Positions 55,895 through 64,000 of a DNA stretch of 64,000 bases are shown here, piece by piece. The DNA comes from Patescibacteria group bacterium (GTDB lineage: Bacteria > Patescibacteriota > JACPGU01): contig JBAYUK010000001.1 of assembly GCA_041675145.1 (NCBI GenBank), positions 312,283 through 376,282 on the forward strand. Direction: 5' to 3'. The translations under genes were made by a program, and so were the position numbers. How positions within the stretch are numbered: the stretch's first letter is position 1; every line of letters begins with the position of its first letter. Below the pieces are notes generated by a model, which saw only the letters and a list, made by a program, of their open reading frames with translations, did not search any database and was not told the DNA's origin.

Positions 55895-56000
55895 ATTCCT
55901 CCTTATGGAGACATAGTACGCTCTCGCTACTATCCTGTCAAAGTAGATTTTACCCTTTACAAATAAAGAGCAAAGGCGTAGAGTAGAAATTCTCCCTATT

Positions 56001-56738
56001 TTGGGCTCTTACTCGTTATCTTCATATATGTATTTAGATCGTATCCAGCAAATCTACAAAGCACTCACTAAAACCACCCTCCCTGGGAGATCGGCGCAGC
56101 TCATTATGGCACCGCGCTACCCCTGGCAGGAACAGGCAGAGAATATAGATATTACTGAGCTCACTGCAGCAGGCGTCATGGTACTGCTCTATCCAAAAAA
56201 CAATGTACCCCATATCGCGTTTACTGTCCGTGCGGAGAATATCGGGACACACAGTGGCGAAGTATCTCTCCCTGGAGGCAAGACCGAATCTGAAGATCAA
56301 AAGCTTGCCGATACAGCTCTGCGAGAAACCAGCGAAGAGCTCGGGATTAACCCGCAGGATATCACTATTATCGGGGCACTGACTCCCGTGCCTACTCTAG
56401 TGAGCCACTTCTTTGTTCACCCCTTTGTTGGAGCTATGAAAACTACACCTACCTTTACACCGAATACGAATGAAGTAGCACAGGTACTAGAAATTCCGTT
56501 GGATGTACTACAAAAGACTACTGTGGAACACATGTCTGTTTCACTATCTATTAACGGGGAAGCACAAGAGATGATTGCTCCCTACTTTGAGTTTGAAGGA
56601 AACAAAATCTGGGGCATTACTGCCATGATCGTAAATGAGTTTTTGGCAACTACTCGCGCTAACCAGGAAGATGTAGAGAACTCTACAATGGAAAAGCTCC
56701 ATTCAGATGACCGTACGTACCATATGGTACAGGTATAG
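56001..56738 (+). CDS. NUDIX hydrolase (CoA-pyrophosphatase-like)
   Basis: The Nudix box reads GGKTESEDQKLADTALRETSEELG. Confidence 0.75.
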   Translation: MGSYSLSSYMYLDRIQQIYKALTKTTLPGRSAQLIMAPRYPWQEQAENIDITELTAAGVMVLLYPKNNVPHIAFTVRAENIGTHSGEVSLPGGKTESEDQKLADTALRETSEELGINPQDITIIGALTPVPTLVSHFFVHPFVGAMKTTPTFTPNTNEVAQVLEIPLDVLQKTTVEHMSVSLSINGEAQEMIAPYFEFEGNKIWGITAMIVNEFLATTRANQEDVENSTMEKLHSDDRTYHMVQV

Positions 56739-56825
56739 GAGCAACTGTTACTCGCTTTAGATCTTCTTCTATAGTAAAATATTAGCTGTATTGAGTACTT
56801 AGTAAACTAAGTACTCGTTTTTCCT

Positions 56826-56898
56826 GGGCGATTAGCTCACTTGGTAGAGCGCTTCCTTGACGTGGAAGAGGTAAGAAGTTCGAATCTTCTATCGCCCA
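56826..56898 (+). tRNA. tRNA-Val (anticodon GAC)
   Basis: Cloverleaf GGGCGAU/AUCGCCC, D GCUC/GAGC, anticodon arm CUUCC-UUGACGU-GGAAG and T-arm AGAAG-UUCGAAU-CUUCU, with discriminator A. Confidence 0.85.
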
Positions 56899-58448
56899 TT
56901 AAAGGCACCTAAATCGAATACTGGATGTTTCCGGAGTCGTGGTGCACAAAGATAGTCCAATGGTTCATTCAGGACCACACGGGCTATTTTTTTGTCCTTA
57001 ATCTCAATTCTCTTGAAAAACGTTTGTACGAGCATGTTCTTGAGCTCTGGCTGGGCCTTTTTGTATGTATAGTGACAATCTGTCGCTAATGATGTAGCGA
57101 TTTCTATGGTTCTAATAGCGGTACGAATCCTATTTTCCACCTTACCGAGCTCCTCTAGTAGCCTAGTTTCTTCAAGACCAAGCTCTACTTTGATCTTGTC
57201 ATACAGTTCAATGTCACTTGGCAACATGTGGTCTTGGCCTATAAGTTGCAGTACCAGGTTCTTTTTTTGGAGTTTAATATTGTCGATCTTCTTTGTGATG
57301 TCCTTTCGCGCATTTTCGTAGGTTGCTTGCTCGTTCGCGAATAGATCTCGCACTCTCGCTTTAATTTTGGTAGTAACCTCATCTGGCAAGTGAATCTTTT
57401 TGATGATTCCTTCGAGTTCAGTTGAAATATCGCTCTCATGGACAAATGATTGAGAGCAAGCCACCCTTTCATTCTTTTGAGCTTTCATGCAGCGCAGGTA
57501 GAGTATTACACGCTTACTGCTCGTCTTGTGCTCCTCAAGTGTCTGTCGACTTCCACATACCCCGCACCAACTCACGCCTTTTAACACAGAGAAGAGCCGG
57601 CGGTGTCTAGCACCACCGCTAGATCTTACATCAAGCAAAGCCTGGACCTTGTCGAAAACGTGCTGATTCAAGAAGAGCTCGTGTGTGCCCTCTGGATTCA
57701 CGAATCCACTCCACTCGATTATGCCAACGTAGAGTTTATTGCGGAGTATTTTTTCGACGTGACTGGCGTGTAGTTTGCCTTTCTCATTTCTGTTAGAACG
57801 AACCTTAAAACCCTCTTCCTGAAGGGTAGCTGTAAGAGACTTGATCGAATAGCTGCCGCTTGCATACAGCTCAAACGCTCTTATGACCCATTTTGCCTCT
57901 TCCCAGTTCACTTCAAGCCATGTGCGTGCTTTGTGGACCGACAGTCGTTCCTGGACATTTTTATAACCGTACGGTGCTTGCCCAGGCCATTGTCCTCCTC
58001 TTGCTTTCTGCAAGAGCCCAGCTTTTACCTTAGAACCACTTTGGCGCGAAAAAAACTCAGCTACAGTTGAAAGTACACCCTCAAGCATTTGCCCTCCGGG
58101 TGTATCGTCAATTCCTTCGGTGGCCGAACAAATCTTAATATCGTTTTGCTCAAGCTCCATTTTGGTAATAGCAAAATCCATGCGATTACGTGCAAAACGG
58201 CTGATATCGTAACAAACCACTGCCTTTACGTTTTTATCAGTGCGGCAACGCTCTAAAAGCATTTGAAACTGAGGCCTCTTGGTTGTCCGGGCACTTTCAC
58301 CCTCGTCAGCGTATACGTCTTTTTCCGGGCTCACATGGTAACCGTTTTCGTAGGCAAACTTAAAACATTCTTCTCGTTGCGTTGGGATAGAAAGCTGTTT
58401 TTCGGCTTGTCGATCAGTTGATACTCGTAGGTATATAAGGGCTGTCAT
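56889..58448 (-). CDS. large serine recombinase (resolvase-type catalytic domain + recombinase domain + zinc ribbon + coiled coil)
   Basis: MTALIYLRVSTDRQ is the catalytic Ser motif. 519 aa. Its stop overlaps the tRNA-Val 3' end. Confidence 0.85.
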   Translation of the reverse strand: MTALIYLRVSTDRQAEKQLSIPTQREECFKFAYENGYHVSPEKDVYADEGESARTTKRPQFQMLLERCRTDKNVKAVVCYDISRFARNRMDFAITKMELEQNDIKICSATEGIDDTPGGQMLEGVLSTVAEFFSRQSGSKVKAGLLQKARGGQWPGQAPYGYKNVQERLSVHKARTWLEVNWEEAKWVIRAFELYASGSYSIKSLTATLQEEGFKVRSNRNEKGKLHASHVEKILRNKLYVGIIEWSGFVNPEGTHELFLNQHVFDKVQALLDVRSSGGARHRRLFSVLKGVSWCGVCGSRQTLEEHKTSSKRVILYLRCMKAQKNERVACSQSFVHESDISTELEGIIKKIHLPDEVTTKIKARVRDLFANEQATYENARKDITKKIDNIKLQKKNLVLQLIGQDHMLPSDIELYDKIKVELGLEETRLLEELGKVENRIRTAIRTIEIATSLATDCHYTYKKAQPELKNMLVQTFFKRIEIKDKKIARVVLNEPLDYLCAPRLRKHPVFDLGAFNGR

Positions 58449-58499
58449 AAAATCTCCTATTCATTTTTTACTCATTATAATTTGGGTAGACATTCTTTG

Positions 58500-59054
58500 C
58501 TATAGCGTATAGTCCGTTTTTATTCCTTGCTCTTTTGCTCTTTGCTCTGCTACTACCATGTCAGCACGGAGACGTGCTAGAGCAACATAGTGTTCGTGCT
58601 GTTTCTCTGGTGGTAGGAACTCTATCATTGATTTAAAGTCATCGGGAGTAAACCGTACGGGCGGTTCTGTTTTGACAGGATTTTTTGAATCCCACCCCTC
58701 AAAGTACCTGAGCCACAGCTCGACATCTGATGCCTTGCCGTGCTTAATACATTGCTCCGTAAGAGCGTGGAGAATGTCAGGCTTGAACTCCATAATTCTG
58801 AACACCTGCTCTCTGTGTAGGTTGTCTCGAAAATCATCGCGTTGTTTCCATCTACTGAGGTGGCTTGGTGTCAGATTGTGTTTCTTGGCAAATGCCTCCG
58901 CAGTTGCTACCCCGGCAGTGTGTTTCTCTATTTGTGACAAGAGCGACCATGCGAAGAAGTCCGCATACACATCTTTCTTGTAAGGACCGGTCGATCGCGG
59001 TTTCTTTGCCGTACTGATTTTTTGAGAATTAACGTTTTGATCGTCTTTTTTCAT
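58500..59054 (-). CDS. phage-associated HTH-containing protein (terminase-small-subunit-like?)
   Basis: 184 aa. The central HTH-like stretch reads KKHNLTPSHLSRWKQRDDF. Confidence 0.4.
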   Translation of the reverse strand: MKKDDQNVNSQKISTAKKPRSTGPYKKDVYADFFAWSLLSQIEKHTAGVATAEAFAKKHNLTPSHLSRWKQRDDFRDNLHREQVFRIMEFKPDILHALTEQCIKHGKASDVELWLRYFEGWDSKNPVKTEPPVRFTPDDFKSMIEFLPPEKQHEHYVALARLRADMVVAEQRAKEQGIKTDYTL

Positions 59055-59101
59055 AATAAATTGGCTTAAATATAATTCTTATTGATTTACTGAAATGTTA
59101 A

Positions 59102-59344
59102 TTAGTCGGGCTTGTCATAGAGCCTTGTTTTAATGAGCCGCATTTGCACTAAAAGCTTCTGTGGCTCAAGACGTAACTTACCCTCTTTGTAGCGCTGTAT
59201 CGTGCCCTCAAGCGAATCAGAGTGCAAAAATACGAATATTGCCCGTGGTCCGCCTGAACGTTCAATTTTGATCATCTGTTGGTCCAGCGACATCAGGGCT
59301 GCTGCCAACCACATGTCGCTTGTCTGAAAGTTTTGTTTCATCAT
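59102..59344 (-). CDS. DUF5659-like small phage protein
   Basis: MMKQNFQTSDMWLAAALMSLDQQMIKIERSGGPRAIFVFLHSDSLEGTIQRYKEGKL follows the DUF5659 pattern (TSDLYLAxxL...FxF). Confidence 0.45.
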   Translation of the reverse strand: MMKQNFQTSDMWLAAALMSLDQQMIKIERSGGPRAIFVFLHSDSLEGTIQRYKEGKLRLEPQKLLVQMRLIKTRLYDKPD

Positions 59345-59532
59345 ACTTGGGTTTATTAATAGGCGATTTATTGGTAGCGGATTCGACTGCTTGGTCAAGC
59401 TGCTGCTGAGTGTCCCGAGCAACGAGCACGCAAAAACGAGCGATTTGGTCTATCGCCTGAGCTATTCCTTCCTCAAATTGTGGCTCAGTGTGCTGCTCGT
59501 TGGTTTTCATACACATAAAAATAATTTTGCCC

Positions 59533-59572
59533 GCATTTCCAATTGTGGAATTATGCGGGCAAAATCAAATGT
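59533..59572 (-). terminator. strong rho-independent terminator (12-bp perfect stem)
   Basis: TTTTGCCCGCAT, a 16-nt loop, then ATGCGGGCAAAA. The minus strand has a TTATTTTTAT tail. Confidence 0.65.
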
Positions 59573-59598
59573 GTATGAAAGTCTGGACCAAAGTCTGG

Positions 59599-60597
59599 TT
59601 ACTTTTTCTTGCGTTCACGAGGTTTTCTCTTGCGAGTACTCGTGCTATTCAAGTTACGCTTGTTCTCTTTTTGGCATTCTTTGCTGCAAGTTACCTGCTC
59701 TCTACCGCCCTTTTTAGGAGAAAAAGTGGAGTTGCATATAATACAAAGCTTACGCCCCAAGCGGACATTGTATTTTTTGTAGATATCATCCCAAGAGGGA
59801 GTTTTCTTGTTTACTCCCTGGAGTAGCCATAGGAGTATCTTGGAAGTTTCGTAAAAGTCGCTTGTAAACTTCGAAGCCCCCGACGCTCCCTCTTTTGTCT
59901 TTAAGGGAAAGTATCGGCTTAGGAGTGGTCTCCAGTAGAGTATTGGGTCAATCTTGAACCCTGATTCAGCAAACCATACGGCCATGTTTTCCAGTTCCTT
60001 GGGAGACAGGTTGTGTTTTTGTAGTATCTTACTGGCAACTGAACGTAAGTTGTCTTTTTCCCAGCGTGCCGTAAAATCGGTAACTTTTACATTCTCATCT
60101 TCAAGAAGGAAAGGATTTGCGACAGCCGTTTTACTGACGGAAGTAATCATTTCTTCGTGGGCCGTCAGGATGCTATTGATAACAGAGAAAGCTTCGTGAT
60201 ACCTAGCAATCTGGGTTAGGAGAGTGGTTTTACTATTCGTCAAAAAGCGCTCTATCACTTCCATATCCTCATCTACAATCTTGATAGTTCTGTTTTGTTG
60301 GACCAAAGCAAGAGAAAATATCTGTAAGGGCGTATAAAAGGCCATGGAGTGTGCGGAGGCCTCAGACGCTACTTCGTATCGTTTCAGCCACCCCGCAACG
60401 CCGTAGGCGATCTGAGAGCCTGCGGGTGCCACGATCTGAATGGCTGGCGTGAGCAAGCCCTGTTGTTGGTAAAAAGCAAGCTCCCGCCTGCTTGTAGTTA
60501 TGCCACGATCACTGACATGACGAATAAACATATTTACGTTCAGGAGGTCCTTTTCTCGAAAGGGAGCCGATAAATTGTATGGTTTTTCATTCTTCAT
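59599..60597 (-). CDS. hypothetical protein (332 aa) with a C-terminal CxxC...CxxC zinc ribbon and a basic tail
   Basis: CIICNSTF...CSKECQ, then the basic tail KRNLNSTSTRKRKPRERKKK. Confidence 0.45.
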   Translation of the reverse strand: MKNEKPYNLSAPFREKDLLNVNMFIRHVSDRGITTSRRELAFYQQQGLLTPAIQIVAPAGSQIAYGVAGWLKRYEVASEASAHSMAFYTPLQIFSLALVQQNRTIKIVDEDMEVIERFLTNSKTTLLTQIARYHEAFSVINSILTAHEEMITSVSKTAVANPFLLEDENVKVTDFTARWEKDNLRSVASKILQKHNLSPKELENMAVWFAESGFKIDPILYWRPLLSRYFPLKTKEGASGASKFTSDFYETSKILLWLLQGVNKKTPSWDDIYKKYNVRLGRKLCIICNSTFSPKKGGREQVTCSKECQKENKRNLNSTSTRKRKPRERKKK

Positions 60598-60639
60598 TTA
60601 TTTCTATTTTATCAAAAAACCCGCCATATCTACATGCTT

Positions 60640-60674
60640 TTGTGGCTTTGCAGATATTTTACGAAATGGTATAA
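60640..60674 (+). promoter_or_regulatory. sigma70 promoter with extended -10 (TTGCAG, 17-nt spacer, TGgTATAAT)
   Basis: Read directly from the sequence. It drives a long structured leader. Confidence 0.5.
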
Positions 60675-60689
60675 TTAAAATTACAAAAA

Positions 60690-60866
60690 GCTTGCCTAAC
60701 CCTCATCTCTTGGTGAGGTATGGTGAATAAATCCGGATATAGGGGAGAGAACTCTCCGTTTAAGGTGTTACCTATATCCGGTCTATGCTCGAAAGGGCAT
60801 AGGATAGTCGCAAGACTGTCGCATCTTAGCGGGGAGCTTTTTGCGTTTTAATACTAAATTATCACT
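60690..60866 (+). ncRNA. structured 5' leader (candidate cis-regulatory RNA) upstream of the thermonuclease gene
   Basis: Nested hairpins: CCTCA-N8-TGAGG, then CCGGATATAGG[GGAGAG-aa-CTCTCC]...CCTATATCCGG, then CTATGCTC-GAAA-GGGCATAG. No known riboswitch class recognised. Confidence 0.35.
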
Positions 60867-61847
60867 ATGCTTTTTGGCCTTTTTACACTCCTGTTTCTCG
60901 CTTCGTTCGTTCTGTTGATCGTTGGGCTTATCAACCCAAAGCCAGTCAGTAAGCTTTTTCGCAAAGAGTTCAGTCGTAAAACAATCGCTGGTTACTTCAG
61001 TGCGGCGGTGCTGGTTTTCTTTATCCTGAGCGGCGCTTCTGCTGGCCCTGTGCCAAAGAAAGCTGATCCACAGCAAGCAACTCAAGAAACAACTGAGCGG
61101 CCCGCCGCACAAGACGCCACTAGTCCTGACAACAATGAGGGCGTTGAGCCTGCTACGACCGCTGTGACAGCCAAAGAACAGCCGGACGCAAGTCAGCCTC
61201 TCTACGATGTCACTTCAGTCACTGACGGTGACACAATCAAAGTAAATATTGCCGGCAAGGTTGAATCAATTCGTCTGATTGGTCTTGATACCCCGGAGGT
61301 GGTCGATCCACGTAAACCAGTGCAATGCTTCGGCCAGGAAGCTTCAAAGCGTGCCAAGGACATCCTGACGGGCAAGAAGGTACGCCTGGAGGCTGACGCA
61401 GTGTCCGGTGAGCGAGACAAGTATAATCGCTTGCTCCGCTATGTGTGGCTTGAAGACGGCACATTGTTCAACAAACAGATGATTGCTGACGGTTACGCTT
61501 CTGAGTACACCTACCAGAGCCAGGTGTACAAGTATCAATCAGAGTTTAAAGAAGCCGAGAAACAGGCGCGCGATGGCCAGAAAGGGCTTTGGAATCCTAG
61601 TACGTGCAACGGCGACGCAACAAAGCCTGCTGTGACACCTGTGCCTGCGGTTACGCCTGCTCCTGCAGCTCAATCACCAACGCCAAAGCCTGCTCCTGCT
61701 CCAGCACCATCAGGATCAGTCGTTAAGAAGAGCAAGAGCAGTATCTGTCACGCTCCAGGCACGAAGTATTACGACCAAACGACCAACTTCACGCCATACA
61801 ATACTGTGGACGAGTGTCTGAACAGTGGCGGTAGGTTACCAAAATAG
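60867..61847 (+). CDS. membrane-anchored/secreted thermonuclease (staphylococcal nuclease, SNase fold) with a Pro/Ala-rich linker and a Cys-containing C-terminal domain
   Basis: DGDTIKV...IRLIGLDTPE...RYVWL...ADGYA are SNase motifs. About 58% GC. Confidence 0.8.
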   Translation: MLFGLFTLLFLASFVLLIVGLINPKPVSKLFRKEFSRKTIAGYFSAAVLVFFILSGASAGPVPKKADPQQATQETTERPAAQDATSPDNNEGVEPATTAVTAKEQPDASQPLYDVTSVTDGDTIKVNIAGKVESIRLIGLDTPEVVDPRKPVQCFGQEASKRAKDILTGKKVRLEADAVSGERDKYNRLLRYVWLEDGTLFNKQMIADGYASEYTYQSQVYKYQSEFKEAEKQARDGQKGLWNPSTCNGDATKPAVTPVPAVTPAPAAQSPTPKPAPAPAPSGSVVKKSKSSICHAPGTKYYDQTTNFTPYNTVDECLNSGGRLPK

Positions 61848-61872
61848 TAGATTACTAAATAATTTGAAGCAT

Positions 61873-62262
61873 ATGAAAAACAAAATGATCATCGCGGGAT
61901 TGGCAGTTGTGGCCGTGGCACTTATTGGCTTGGGCATTTACCTCAATCGCCCCGTCGCCAAGGTGGAGCGTCTTGAGCAAGCAGCCATCGACCTCAAAGA
62001 GAGCTCGGGCTACAACGCTTGTGTCGGTAAGGTGAATGAGAAAATCCAAAAACGAACTGAGTTTATAAAACTCAAGGTTCAAGAAGCCGGCTACACAGAC
62101 AGCATGAACTGTCTGGAAAATCCTAGCGAGCCGGCGTGTAAAGACACCGCCCGCTACAACGCGGAGGTCAAGGCAAGTAATGATTTTATGCCATTGGCAG
62201 ATCAAATCACCCCGTTGTCGCTAATCGATTGCATGGAATTACTCAACAAAGCCACTAAATAG
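61873..62262 (+). CDS. hypothetical membrane-anchored protein with four Cys
   Basis: MKNKMIIAGLAVVAVALIGLGIYL..., with the Cys scattered over the C-terminal half. Confidence 0.4.
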   Translation: MKNKMIIAGLAVVAVALIGLGIYLNRPVAKVERLEQAAIDLKESSGYNACVGKVNEKIQKRTEFIKLKVQEAGYTDSMNCLENPSEPACKDTARYNAEVKASNDFMPLADQITPLSLIDCMELLNKATK

Positions 62263-62267
62263 TAGGT

Positions 62268-62296
62268 TGACATACGCAACCCTATTGATACAATAG
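62268..62296 (+). promoter_or_regulatory. sigma70 promoter (TTGACA, 16-nt spacer, TACAAT) overlapped by the inverted repeat CCCTATT-gatac-AATAGGG
   Basis: Read directly from the sequence. The ATG is 6 nt after the -10, so the transcript is near-leaderless. Confidence 0.5.
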
Positions 62297-62300
62297 GGAC

Positions 62301-62855
62301 ATGTCAGATCGCCCAAAAGAGAAGCGACAATTTGAATGGCACCTCAGGGTAAACACGAGCAGTACGGGTACTGCAAACTTGTCGTTGTTTTTCCCAGAGG
62401 GGGCAACCAAAAAAGAAAAAGAAGCAGCCTTAGCTGCTGGTCTAGACGAAGCGACACAGCACATGTTGAGCCAAGGATACATATTGCCTAGTGATCGCTT
62501 TATGTCATCAGGAGATGTTGCTCTCAAGTACGGCAAAAGCAGGCAATACTGGGAGAAATTGCTTGTTGAAGGAAAAATACCTTATATGGAGACAAGCGCA
62601 GGGAAAATCACCACTGATTTATGGGTGCGGGGCTACTTGGATAATCGATCAGAAGTTGACGTGTATGTACAAAAAAGCAACCTGGCAGTAAAAAGAATCC
62701 TGGACGAATTGAAAAAACATACTACCGAGCTAAAGTTGTCGACCGATATCAGATGTCCTAACTGTGAAGAGGATGGGATGTCTTGCTATATCAACCGAGA
62801 CCATTTTGATGGTATGTGTAGCTCTTGTAAGTTTAAGTTGCGCAGAACTAAATAA
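62301..62855 (+). CDS. hypothetical protein (184 aa) with a C-terminal zinc ribbon
   Basis: The C-terminus reads CPNCEE...CSSC. Confidence 0.45.
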   Translation: MSDRPKEKRQFEWHLRVNTSSTGTANLSLFFPEGATKKEKEAALAAGLDEATQHMLSQGYILPSDRFMSSGDVALKYGKSRQYWEKLLVEGKIPYMETSAGKITTDLWVRGYLDNRSEVDVYVQKSNLAVKRILDELKKHTTELKLSTDIRCPNCEEDGMSCYINRDHFDGMCSSCKFKLRRTK

Positions 62856-62864
62856 CACCACCCA

Positions 62865-64000
62865 TGAGAATAGATAATGCAAAACTAAAAAGCGGAGAGG
62901 ACCTCCAGTTTGGAGATTTCAATGTTTTTGTTGGCGGTAATGGCGTAGGAAAAACAACTATCGTATCAGAGGTATTTGATAAGATATCTGCTGCAAATGG
63001 TAGTAAATATTTGTGGATCGACCAACTATCGCATTCAGCGAATGATGTGACTGCTGATCTTAAGCTACTCAAGAAGTCTCTTGCTCACCAAAGAGAAGGG
63101 GCAAGCCTTTTTTATCTTTCTAGTGCTACTAAAGGCATAGGTGGAAATATAGACCTGGACGGATCGCTTAGGTTCTCTGAGGGCGAAGTAGCGCAGATGG
63201 AGTCAGTAACTGATGCTAGTATTTTTAATACACCGAAATACAGAAGGCCATTTATTACTTTTTCAAGTTGTGAAAGTCGATTAACCTTTCCAGATGGGGC
63301 TGGCTTGACTGGCTTAGACCAGCCTCCTTCCGACGCTCTGAACGTTCTTTTTCGAGATGGTGGCCTCATGGAGGACATTAGCGATCACATCCATAGGCGC
63401 TTTGGTTATTATTTAGTGCTAATAGATCACACCTTCACGGCGTTAAAGGTGGGTATATCCCATACGAAACCACCAGATTTTGACAGAAATGCCCGTGATA
63501 AGCAGAGCGCATCAGACAAAGTAAGGAAGTGGGAGGAGGAACATCTTATCCCAATTACTAAAGCTGGGCATGGAATCAGAAGTATGGTCAAGCTGCTCAC
63601 GGCACTTTTGGAACCAGTAAATCAGATTATAATAATTGATGAACCTGAGCTCCATCTTTACCCCTCTCAAAAGAGATGGTTCGGTTACCAGCTTGCATTG
63701 TTGGCTTCTACCCAAAATAAACAGATATTTTTAGTAACTCACGACGCATCAATTCTTCAGGGTATATTTGAAGGCAGTGCAAATACTCATCTTTTTCGGG
63801 TCAACAAAGACAACCATGGTGTAGGCACAGTACGTTCTTGTCAGCTACCGAAGCAGTCAATTTCTCACTCAAAAAATCAACATCAATATCTACAGGGTTT
63901 ATTTTATCAGCGCTGTGTCGTCGTGGAGGGCTCATCAGATCGTCTTTTCTATGAAACGCTGTTTAACGATTACCCTAAGGTTCAAGATAAGGACCTGGGG
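62865..64000 (+). CDS. OLD-family / GajA-like ABC-type ATPase with the start of a Toprim nuclease domain (partial, runs off the window)
   Basis: Manual translation gives FGDFNVFVGGNGVGKTTI (Walker A), IIIIDEPELHLYP (Walker B), FLVTHD (H-loop), then VVVEGSSDRLFYE (Toprim start). Confidence 0.7.

Larger units (their letters stand above)
56826..64000. mobile_element. integrated element or genomic island at tRNA-Val. The left end is defined. The right end lies beyond the window.
   Basis: A serine recombinase abuts the tRNA, followed by phage-like small genes (DUF5659, an HTH protein) and nuclease/ATPase cargo of mosaic GC content. Confidence 0.6.

Noticed and set aside
59262-59516. 84-aa minus-strand ORF overlapping the DUF5659 gene by about 80 nt
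   Set aside because: It overlaps a motif-supported gene in another frame, and no RBS is evident. It was kept only as a note in the findings.
60690-60866. Assignment of the nuclease leader to a known riboswitch class (c-di-GMP, ZTP, fluoride, guanidine, purine) or to tmRNA/SRP RNA
   Set aside because: The conserved core sequences of those classes that I can recall are not present. It is reported only as an unclassified structured leader.
1-64000. CRISPR array or cas genes
   Set aside because: No run of evenly spaced direct repeats of 25-40 nt was found anywhere in the window, and no Cas-like protein is present. The only short direct repeats are isolated: ATACTATG twice at about 25850, and GTCTGG twice at about 59580.
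1-64000. rRNA genes
   Set aside because: No stretch resembles the conserved 16S, 23S or 5S cores, for example no GTGCCAGCAGCCGCGGTAA. Non-coding sequence consists of short AT-rich spacers.
56826-64000. attR direct repeat of the tRNA-Val 3' end inside the window
   Set aside because: A scan for GTTCGAATCTTCTATCGCCCA-like sequence right of the integrase found only a 9-nt partial match (TCTATCGCC at about 59445). The right end of the island is probably beyond 64000.

Overview
This 64-kb window reads as an AT-rich (about 40-45% GC), gene-dense bacterial chromosome. Its gene content suggests a Patescibacteria/CPR (Saccharibacteria-like) lineage, but that assignment is inference only. Many genes carry Shine-Dalgarno sites, sigma70-type promoters and rho-independent terminators. 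Core genes are recognisable from motifs: a split transketolase with rpe and rpiB, relA/spoT, ruvB, ychF, typA/bipA, dinB, dut, purB, a eukaryote-style purC-purE fusion, Fe/Mn SOD, and DsbA/DsbB. Lineage-typical surface proteins are also present: a lamin-tail-domain protein, a CARDB protein, a small ankyrin protein, a Fic protein and a HicAB pair. Two tRNAs are readable by eye: tRNA-Arg(GCG) on the minus strand at about 47.47-47.54 kb and tRNA-Val(GAC) on the plus strand at 56.83-56.90 kb. No rRNA gene and no CRISPR array were found.

The five most notable things are these. (1) The left 2.4 kb is about 58% GC and switches abruptly to AT-rich DNA at about 2.5 kb, which points to a foreign block or an assembly chimera. 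(2) A membrane redox gene cluster lies at 36.2-41.1 kb. It contains a cytochrome-b5-domain protein, a NOX/ferric-reductase-type flavocytochrome and an unusual FAD-oxidoreductase + Rieske + ferric-reductase-domain triple fusion, co-operonic with DoxX-like and TfoX_N-like proteins. (3) A membrane-anchored standalone ClpB NBD1 module sits in a Fic / site-2-protease / CARDB gene row. (4) A two-gene GC-rich cassette of unknown function is driven by a perfect-consensus promoter with a 200-nt leader. (5) An integrated element starts exactly at tRNA-Val with a large serine recombinase. It carries phage-like small genes, a GC-rich secreted thermonuclease behind a roughly 185-nt multi-hairpin leader, zinc-ribbon proteins, and an OLD-family (GajA-like) ABC-ATPase + Toprim nuclease that runs off the right edge of the window. 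The element is the best candidate for an anti-phage or otherwise undescribed accessory system here.

Coordinates of manually refined starts may be off by a few bases.
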